A stretch of 64,000 nucleotides of DNA from Marsupella aquatica. Lineage: Eukaryota > Plantae > Marchantiophyta. Below, in pieces: positions 11,881 through 19,949 of the stretch. The stretch spans positions 6,429,151 to 6,493,150 of the forward strand of contig OZ316892.1 of assembly GCA_973895155.1 (NCBI GenBank), given 5' to 3'. Position numbers and translations under genes: made by a program. The notes beneath the pieces are model-generated. The model saw only the letters and a list, made by a program, of their open reading frames with translations, was not told the DNA's origin and made no database searches. Numbering within the stretch: the first letter of the stretch is position 1; every line of letters starts with the position of its first letter.

Positions 11881-12744
11881 GAAGGGGGGGGGAGGCACCG
11901 TATACACGTGCGAATACGGCGCTATACGCGCGCCGGGGGGGTTATCGTATGCCTGGGGGGGTGCACATGTATACACATAAGGGGTTAAAACCCCTTTAAA
12001 ACGCACAAATGTTGCCGCAAAAAAAATTGCCGTGTTACTTACTGAAAATGTCACCGTTTCACACGAGAAAAGTGCACTTCACCGACGGGAAATGTTTCCG
12101 AATTTCACCGGCGCCGTCTGCAACTCTAGCAGAGTAAAAACTTTGAGTCACGACTCCTTCACTCCGCATCAAGTGCCAATCTCGGACTCAAAATGACCAC
12201 CGCACCGCAATCTCTCCGTTGAGCCGTTGCACTTCCCGTTTCTCCCCCCAAGCCGAGTGTGACGTCGAGAAACCCGCTTCAGCCAAGGCTATGTCTCCAT
12301 AGCCATGGAAAATTTCAGAAATGTCACTTTCGCTCGTTGTGTCGCACTCGGTTCACCCTGGACAACAAACCAGATACCGAAACGACCAGCTTCCCCCGAT
12401 CTACGATTTGAGCTATAGTATGCAACGTCTCACGGACCACAAAGCTCACACCATAAAAAAAAACAATCTCAGGTCCCTCCTCCGTCGAAGAAACCGTCGA
12501 ATACGAATCTCTTTTCACAAAAAATTCCAGAACGACGAGAACTTTGATTCCTCCACTCCACAAAGTCCGATCAGTGATTTCTTCGTACCGTTAGATAGCC
12601 CTTGCCCCGATCTATCCGTTGAGCCCAACACCTCCAAGTTCCATGCGACGGAACTCCGTGAAATCCACCGACTCTAATCGCTGGAAAAACCGTCACCAAG
12701 ATGTCACGAAAATTTTGATCACCTCAACGTCACCTCCCAAGCTT

Positions 12745-12756
12745 GCTCTGATACCA
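12745..12756 (-). other. Primer-binding site (tRNA-iMet) of Copia-1
   Basis: Minus strand TGGTATCAGAGC, 2 nt inside the 5' LTR. Confidence 0.95.
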
Positions 12757-12758
12757 AT

Positions 12759-13090
12759 TGTTGAACTAAGACGTCATTCGCAACGACCATACAACCATGA
12801 CTCATTCCATGCACACGTAGTCGACACAATCTCTACGTGGTTCACCTCCTCTCCAAGGCTACTTCCACACGAACACTCAAGCTTTACTTCAAGAGTAGAC
12901 GAACACACATGCTCTCCCCCTTCCTCAAGTTGCTCCGTTACAATGAGTAAGCATCACACACCAGCGGCTTACACTAGCCCTGGTATATACAAGGTCACAC
13001 ACGACTAAACTAACCTCAACTAAGACCCTAACTGTGGTTAGCCTAAGTGCCATAACCTTTGAGTCACAAGACTAAGAGCAATCCTTAACA
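12759..13090 (-). repeat. 5' LTR of Copia-1 (332 bp)
   Basis: Near-identical to 6203-6530 and followed by the TSD CTTCC. Confidence 0.97.
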
Positions 13091-13095
13091 CTTCC

Positions 13096-13938
13096 CATGC
13101 AGAAGCAACTTGCAGTGTTGATGCAGTGAAGACCATGCCACCTACTGCTACTAGTGAGACATGGCATGCAGCAGCAGCGAGGTTGGTGGATTTACCAGCA
13201 CGCCCTGCATTTGAGAGGACTAGGTTTAAACCTAGTGTTGTATCATTGGATAATCGGAGTGGTATCTTCCGATTAGTTGGGCCTTCTGGAGCAGTATACC
13301 AGCCAGAGAGGGTGTTACTGGATACCGGTGCTCAGCACTTGATGTTGGGAAAGTCTGCCATACGTGGATTGGGATTGCGTCCAGAGGATTTGGAGGATTG
13401 TCCCTTTCCCATTCAGACTTCATTGGGGGGACCTACACCTACACAGCACATTACCAGGAGACCTCTTGATTTGAGGATTCAGGAAGGTCATACCACAGAT
13501 AGCTCACAGATACAGGCGCGAGCTATTCTAACTAAGGCAGAGTCATATGATGTGTTGGTGGGATGTACAGTGCTCTATCCCATGGGATTTATTCTTGATT
13601 TTTGGGAGGAATCAGTGTCATATAGACCTGATTGGCAGTCAGGAGATGCTCGATTGAGAAAATTGCCAGTGAGATTTAGTGGACCTATGGAAGGCCCTAA
13701 ATCCACACCATTGTCTTTGGCAGCATTCAGTGGTCTAATTGCTGGACCTGATGATTTGATTGAGGGTAATGCGCATGCAGCAGATGTTCCACCATTGGAG
13801 GAGTCTCATAAGGAGCACATCATGCAAGGATTACCTGTTGGCAGTGTTGTGCCACCAGTGTGGGGCATTGCACAGGCCTTGCTACAGACAGCAGCACGAT
13901 TGGTACATGATGCATGGCGTCATGCTTTTACACCATAG
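13096..13938 (+). pseudogene. Gypsy aspartic protease region
   Basis: VLLDTGAQHLML (D-T-G catalytic motif) and YDVLVGCTVL (retropepsin C-terminal motif). In frame with Gag once Copia-1 is removed. Confidence 0.85.
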
Positions 13939-14028
13939 TCAGGAGCAGAGCAACCTCTTGCAGATGGACCTGTGACCCTTTCACCATTGGATACCACTCT
14001 TATTGCTTGGCAGTATCCACCGGAGGGT

Positions 14029-14970
14029 ATTTGTTTGTTGGATCTTTTTGGTGGGATTAGCACTTGATTGGTTGCTGTTCTTCAGGCAGGAATTCCTGTG
14101 CGTCGTTATTTGTATGTGGAGTCAGATGAGACAACACGGAGGGTCTCATTGCGACATGTGGCTATGTTGGTGGATAGACATCCACAATTGCTGCCAGTGG
14201 ATGTTGTTCATGGTTATCAGCATGCACTACCTGCTGATATTTCATTGTTGGGGGCAGATCATCTGCATTGTGGCCCCATTGATTTGGTGATTGCTGGTTG
14301 GCCATGTCAGGGCCAATCTAGAGCTGGCATTGGGCATGGACTTCATGATCCACGCTCTGCATTGTTTTGGAAGATGTTATGGGTGTTGCGTCATCTCTAG
14401 CTACATCAGACACAGTCTCTAGCATACATTTTGGAGAATGTGCCATTGTTAGGTGATGATCGTAGTCGGATTGTTGCCAGTATTCACCAGGTGAGGTCTT
14501 GGATTGGACTTACTGTGTTATTGGATGCTGCACGTGTGGGTTCTCATGCACATCGTCCACGCTTGTGGTGGACTAATTTGATCCCATGTGAGGTGCTGAA
14601 GCGCGCATTTGACAGCATTCCACGCTCACCAGCCTTAGTGGTGGATGATATTTTGGATCCAGGGCGTCGTGCACAGGGTGTGACCCAACCTGATAGACCT
14701 CCATTGGCAATGGTCAATGCAGTTGGGCGCCCACGTTGTGCATTACCCACTCTTGTAAGCCACTCTGCTTCATATGTATTCAGAGCAGGTGGCCCTGGAC
14801 TTGTGTGGGACACAGCTCTCCAGCAGTTAGTGGAGCCTACTACTGATGAGAGAGAGCGTGCTATGGGATTTTTGACTGGCACCACTGCAGTTGCCTCTGT
14901 GTCAGAGGGTTTGTGGCGCCAGGTTCTTGGTCAAGCAATGGACTTGAATTGTTTGACTTGGATTATCAGC
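14029..14970 (+). pseudogene. DNMT3-like C5 cytosine DNA methyltransferase domain inside the Gypsy polyprotein (two in-frame stops)
   Basis: One frame gives motif I ICLLDLFGGIST*L, motif II RRYLYVESD, motif IV GPIDLVIAGWPCQ (catalytic Cys codon 14305-14307), DPRSALFW, motif VI ILENV, motif VIII DAARVGSHAHRPRLWWTNL, motif IX ERERAMGF and motif X RQVLGQAM. Stops are TGA 14065 (at a normally conserved Gly) and TAG 14398. Confidence 0.92.
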
Positions 14971-15167
14971 TTGGGAGTAGCTGAACAGTTGCGGATGCGC
15001 TCTGCTGGAATTATTGATTGTCCCTTGGTGAGCTTGCGGTCCACTGAGACAATATTGACCACAACTGGGGGCGAGCAAACGTCCATGGACCTATGGCAGG
15101 ATTGGCCAAGGCTGGACAAATTTTTGAGCAGGAAGGGACTGCTCAATCTACTGCTAAATAGCAATCA

Positions 15168-17099
15168 TTGGCTATCTTTTCTACCCTACAAAGAGATATT
15201 AGGGATTTGGTGGAGAGTTGGGAACCACAGCTTGGCCCTAAGTTAACAGGGGAGGAGAGACGTCGCATGCATCGATTTCTGAAGAGTTATTGGAATTGTT
15301 TTGCATTCAGCATGAAGGATTTGGGGACACTGAAGGGCCCTGATATTCAGATTGAATTGGCTAGTGATGCGCCAATCTTTCGTAGACCATACCGTTATAG
15401 TGACATGGAGAGAGCTCTGATTCAAAGTAGAACTCAAGATTTGTTGGAGGCTGGATTGGTGGAGATTTCATATGGGGAGTATGCATCTGCCTCAGTGATG
15501 CCAGCCAAGAAGGATGTGCATGGCAATTACATGGATAGGTGCATGTATGGTGATTACAGACCTATTAATCGCCAGACAAAATCTGATCGATATGCCATGC
15601 CCACACCTGAGGAGATCTTTGATGCTGTGGGGCATGCAAAGGTTTTCAATTCATTGGATCTGAGGGCAGGGTACCATCAGCTTCCAATTAGGCATGCTGA
15701 CAGGTTCAAGACAGCATTCTGGGGGATTGATTCTTATGGCAAAGATCGTTTGTATCAGTGGTTATTCTTACCATTTGGGTTGAAGAATGCACCAGCTGAG
15801 TTCCAGAGAGTCATGGATCAAATCCTTGCAGGTTTGGATTTTGTCAGATGTTATATTGATGATATTTTGGTCTATTCTTCTACTGTGGAAGAACATCAAC
15901 AGCACTTGCAGATTGTGTTGGAGAGATTGAGAGCACATGGGTTGAAGCTCCATCCTGGCAAGTGTAAGTTCTTCCAAGACCAGATTGAGTATTTGGGCCA
16001 CACTATATACCCAGGGGGATTGGGTGTACAGCAGACCAAAGTGGAGGCCATTACACAGATTTCTTGTCCTACTGATGTGAGTAGAGTTCGTGCATTCTTG
16101 GGATTGGCGAGCTACTACAGGAGGTATGTTAAAGGATTTAGCCAGCTTGCTAAACCTTTGACCATACTCACTAAGTTGGATCAGGAATGGATTTGGGATG
16201 ATGACCAGGAGCATGCCTTTGAGGAGTTGAAGCAAAGGTTGGCATCATCCCCTATTTTGAGAAGACCCATTTCAGGCAGACCATTTCAGCTATACACTGA
16301 TTGGAGTGGAGTAGGACTTGGAGCAGTGCTGACTCAGAAGGATGATGAGGGGAATGAGTTTGTTGTGGCTTATGCCAGTAGATCAAACAATTTAGCAGAG
16401 GCTAAGTATAGCTCTTATGAGGGAGAGTATTTGGCAGCAGTGAGGGCTGTTGCACACTTTTGTTGCTACTTGTTTGGTAACCCCTTCACCTTGATCACTG
16501 ATCATCAGCCTCTTAAGTGGTTAATGGAGTCTGACAAGCTTACAGGGAAGCTTGCACGATGGGCATTGTTGTTACAGGAGTATAATTTCCAAGTGGTGCA
16601 TAGGCCTGGAAAAGTGAACTTAGATGCAGATGGATTAAGCCGCAATCCATGTACCAGTCAGCAAGATGAGACTGGAGCTAGATGGCATGATGAGTCAAAT
16701 AAGGAGATGGTGCCAGGATGGCATGCATCTGCCTTTCTTTGTTGGGTGCCAGCATACAGTGGATCTGTGGACTCTACCTCATTGGATGGAGTGGATGATA
16801 AGTTTTCAGATGTGGATGTTGGTGAGGTAACTTCTGGACAGCAAGATATTCACAATGATGTGAGAGTGTTGGAATATCTGCGCAGTAGTTCTATTGTTGG
16901 CAGTGTTGATGCCAAGGAACGTGACAGGGTTCTACAGAGAGCCAAGAGGTTTCAATGGGAGGGAAACCATCTTTTGAGAGTACTGCATGATGGTAGGATG
17001 TTGGTGGTACCAAAACCATCACAACGAGTACATTTGGTGCGACATGCGCATGAGGAGTTGGGTCACTTTGGTGTGAAGCGCACTTATAGCTTGCTGTAG
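15168..17099 (+). CDS. pol: Gypsy reverse transcriptase, RNase H and start of the integrase zinc finger
   Basis: DYRPINRQT, SLDLRAGYHQ, LPFGLKNAPAEFQ, CYIDDILVYS, YLGH. RH: LYTDWS...YSSYEGEYLA...ITDHQPL...ADGLSR. HAHEELGHFG. An in-frame TAG at 17097 separates it from the integrase core. Confidence 0.95.
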   Translation: MAIFSTLQRDIRDLVESWEPQLGPKLTGEERRRMHRFLKSYWNCFAFSMKDLGTLKGPDIQIELASDAPIFRRPYRYSDMERALIQSRTQDLLEAGLVEISYGEYASASVMPAKKDVHGNYMDRCMYGDYRPINRQTKSDRYAMPTPEEIFDAVGHAKVFNSLDLRAGYHQLPIRHADRFKTAFWGIDSYGKDRLYQWLFLPFGLKNAPAEFQRVMDQILAGLDFVRCYIDDILVYSSTVEEHQQHLQIVLERLRAHGLKLHPGKCKFFQDQIEYLGHTIYPGGLGVQQTKVEAITQISCPTDVSRVRAFLGLASYYRRYVKGFSQLAKPLTILTKLDQEWIWDDDQEHAFEELKQRLASSPILRRPISGRPFQLYTDWSGVGLGAVLTQKDDEGNEFVVAYASRSNNLAEAKYSSYEGEYLAAVRAVAHFCCYLFGNPFTLITDHQPLKWLMESDKLTGKLARWALLLQEYNFQVVHRPGKVNLDADGLSRNPCTSQQDETGARWHDESNKEMVPGWHASAFLCWVPAYSGSVDSTSLDGVDDKFSDVDVGEVTSGQQDIHNDVRVLEYLRSSSIVGSVDAKERDRVLQRAKRFQWEGNHLLRVLHDGRMLVVPKPSQRVHLVRHAHEELGHFGVKRTYSLL

Positions 17100-17120
17100 A
17101 CACAATATTGGTGGCGTGGT

Positions 17121-18290
17121 ATGCACACTCATGTCCAGCAGTTGATAGCTAAGTGTGTGGTATGTGATAGAGTGAGAACATCATTTAATGCTCTCACTCC
17201 CCAATTACACCCGTTACCGATCATGGGTTTGGGATATCGTTGGAGTTTGGATTTTGCTGGTCCATTACCTCTTACCCAACGCCATAATCGGTATGTTTTG
17301 GTCATGGTGGAACACTTCTCCAAGTGGATTGAGCTAGTGGCGTTGCCAGATAAAGCCAGTGGAGGAGTTGCTGCTACATTTTTGGATCGTGTACTCAGTC
17401 ATTTTGGAGCACCAACTGAGGTGTTGACTGATCAGGGAACTGAGTTCCATGGAGAGTTTGAGAGTTTGTGTGAACAAGCTCTGATTGATCATCGTACTAC
17501 CTCTCGTGATCATCCTGAGGCAGATGGATTAGCTGAGAGAGTTGTGCAAACTATGAAGAGAGGATTGCGTAAGTATGGCTTGCAGGTTGGTCATCTGGGA
17601 GATTGGGATCTCCAGCTACCTTGGTTAGCTATGGGCTACCATTTCAGTCGGCAAGCATCACTTGCATCCTTCTCACCCTACTTTTTGCTCTATGGTAGAG
17701 AGCCAGATTTGCCAGTAGCTATTCGTCGTGATGCTGCACCAGTTGTGAACTTGGATGATCCTTATGTTTGCCTAGTCAAGGTGTGTTCAGAGAGAGCACG
17801 GGTATTTCAGAGAGTGATGCCCATGGCTTTTGACAACCTTGCCATTGCCCAACATTGTGATACTTTGAGGTATGCCACTATTCGTGGAGGAGGTTACCAT
17901 GCAAGCATTCGACAATTTCATCCTGATGATTATGTTTATTTGCAGCAGACAGCACCCATGACACTTGATGTGACCGCAGGCCGGACAATCTTACGTGTGC
18001 GTGAAGTGTTGCCTTCTGGTGTCCTGATGTTGGAGGGACGCGATGGTATGGTTTGGAAGGATCATGTGCGCAACTGTGCACCATGTCACCTTCCCAACAT
18101 TGATGGTACAATAGATCCAAGCTTGGCACATGTTCGTGCTGGCTTGAAATGTATGTTGTGTGGATCTGCTCAGGGAGCAACTACTATGTTGATTTGTGAT
18201 AAGTGTTCTAGAGGATGGCACATGTCATGTTTGACACCACCATTGCAGGTGATTCCTCGTGGATCATGGTTGTGTCCTCAGTGTCGGTGA
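17121..18290 (+). CDS. Gypsy integrase core with a C-terminal PHD finger
   Basis: CVVC, WSLDFAGP, LTDQGTEF and ADGLAERVV give the HHCC and DDE motifs. 18150-18284 encodes CMLC...MLICDKCSRGWHMSCLTPPL...GSWLCPQC, a complete C4HC3 PHD, followed directly by the stop. Confidence 0.93.
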   Translation: MHTHVQQLIAKCVVCDRVRTSFNALTPQLHPLPIMGLGYRWSLDFAGPLPLTQRHNRYVLVMVEHFSKWIELVALPDKASGGVAATFLDRVLSHFGAPTEVLTDQGTEFHGEFESLCEQALIDHRTTSRDHPEADGLAERVVQTMKRGLRKYGLQVGHLGDWDLQLPWLAMGYHFSRQASLASFSPYFLLYGREPDLPVAIRRDAAPVVNLDDPYVCLVKVCSERARVFQRVMPMAFDNLAIAQHCDTLRYATIRGGGYHASIRQFHPDDYVYLQQTAPMTLDVTAGRTILRVREVLPSGVLMLEGRDGMVWKDHVRNCAPCHLPNIDGTIDPSLAHVRAGLKCMLCGSAQGATTMLICDKCSRGWHMSCLTPPLQVIPRGSWLCPQCR

Positions 18291-18605
18291 AGCCGACTAG
18301 TTATCATTTGTGTTCTCTTGGCAGATATGGATTGCAGGTAGGTGATCGATGGGGCTCACTTGCACCCGACCTCCTGATCTTCACACCTAAAAAGGTGTAT
18401 ATCAACCTTGTAGAACTCATGGCTAGCTAGAGTTAGGGGACCTTACTCCCAGCTAGGGGGGCGATTGTGGGTTTTGGACATGTGTGGACATGAGTTCCAC
18501 TTGTATTCCATTCTCTTGTGTTTGTGATGTGACAGCGTGACTATGTTTGGATGTATGTGACAAGCGATGTATGTTGTGTAGCGATATGTATGCGCACGAC
18601 AGTGG

Positions 18606-19133
18606 AGAAATTGGACATCCTTTTTGCCCCCTCAAGCTTACAATTGACCGTTTGTATTCACAAACATGAGAGTGGAGAAAGGGCTTACAAAAGTAAGAAA
18701 TCTCCATACGTTTATATATAAATGTTATGAGGAAAGAAGAGCAACAAATGACGGTGTTAGGCCATTATCCACTGAGCAGATTGACATTGAAGGGTATGAT
18801 GCAACATGTATCGCCCTTAGACAAGAAGATGTCAAAGATTTTGATGCAATTGATGATGCGGATGAAGCCTTGGAAGGATTATCATTACATAAAGAGGGTG
18901 ATTTCTTGACTCGTCTTCCACCAGATACAGATGTAAGTGATGCAGGTGATTGGGAGAATGAAATAGATTTCGAGATGTATCCTACAATTGACGAGTCGCA
19001 AATCAAAGATGAAGATCATACATCATTGTATTCAGATTTTGCAACGCCTTCCCAACCAAAGGCATCTTGGGCTTATCCATCATTGAACGTTCATAATGAT
19101 GTCGACCCAAGCAGATCATACTTTGTTCAATAA
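18606..19133 (+). mobile_element. hAT transposase C-terminal (dimerisation domain) remnant with acidic tail
   Basis: In frame with ORF 18666: RNWTSF...*PFVFTNMR, resembling the hAT ERNWSxF...LVFVxxNxR motif, followed by a D/E-rich tail. It is internally deleted. Confidence 0.5.
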
Positions 19134-19949
19134 TACACTACCATACAAGGGCATCATTCAGAGGGAAGCAGATCAACTATTTTTCAACAACCATATAATG
19201 TTCAAGGTACATCTTTGGACAACACACCTGCACCATGGGAACAAGCTGCTACAATCTTCAATGAGTATGGAGGTCAGAGTGCGACGAATCCATATACATC
19301 GCACAATCCTATTGATAGTGAATTTTAAACAACATCATTATTTCAACAAACTCAGAGGAATGCTCATACGCAAAATCACGACCCAATTGCATGGGCTGTA
19401 GAGGAAGAGTGGAATCAAGTTTTGCAACAAAATTCTAACAAAAACACTATGAATTTTCTTTTCACAGCCTTGAGAAATGTTGTCATTACTATATTAGCAT
19501 GCTTTGTTACTATTGTATTGTCTTTACTGACAATAACAATGTTATCATATGTTTTTTTGCCATGAATATAAGTTTTTGAGTTTTATAAGTGTCACAATTT
19601 GCAAAATAATGTTTAATGACCAGGTATTTGTATCCATTTTTAACAATTTTTGAAATCTACCTTGTGCCTAGTTTAAACTTTATGCCTCGTGGGGTTTGTG
19701 TAAATATGTTTAGGTAGTTATACTACAAAAATGGCTAAATCATCTATAGTGTAAAATACACAAACACAGCACACGAGCTCGGCCAAAATATGACTCCATG
19801 ACAAATGATATACGATACCACTGCAATATTTTTTAACCAATTACACTGGAAAATAATTGTCCAAGATGATTTTGCAAGTGCTAGCAAAAAAAAGTCTCTA
19901 ATAGTAACTACATCAAAATCACATCAAAATCTAGAGACTACTGCTTTCA

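Larger units (their letters stand above)
6203..13090 (-). mobile_element. Full-length Ty1/Copia LTR retrotransposon nested in the Gypsy element
   Basis: TG...CA LTRs at 6203-6530 and 12759-13090. 5-bp TSD CTTCC at 6198-6202 and 13091-13095. PBS and PPT present. Domain order gag-PR-IN-RT-RH on the minus strand. Confidence 0.97.
4310..18465 (+). mobile_element. Ty3/Gypsy LTR retrotransposon (decayed) encoding Gag-PR-C5 DNA methyltransferase-RT-RH-IN-PHD, interrupted by a Copia insertion
   Basis: The order PR, RT, RH, IN is Gypsy-type. The frame is continuous across the Copia insertion: GCT TCC (ending 6202) joins CAT GCA GAA (13096) and runs into ORF 13126. A purine tract AGGGGGGCGAT at 18455-18465 is followed by TG at 18466, the probable start of the 3' LTR. 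No matching LTR pair was found, so the outer limits are approximate. Confidence 0.92.

Noticed and set aside
12321-13008. Antisense ORFs 12321-12677 and 12619-13008 as Copia accessory genes
   Set aside because: They span leader, PBS and LTR sequence, have no recognisable domain and are not kept as full ORFs in Copia-2.
14029-14970. Bacterial restriction-modification methyltransferase or contamination
   Set aside because: It is in frame within a retroelement polyprotein, has DNMT3-like motifs, has no endonuclease partner and sits in intron-containing plant DNA.
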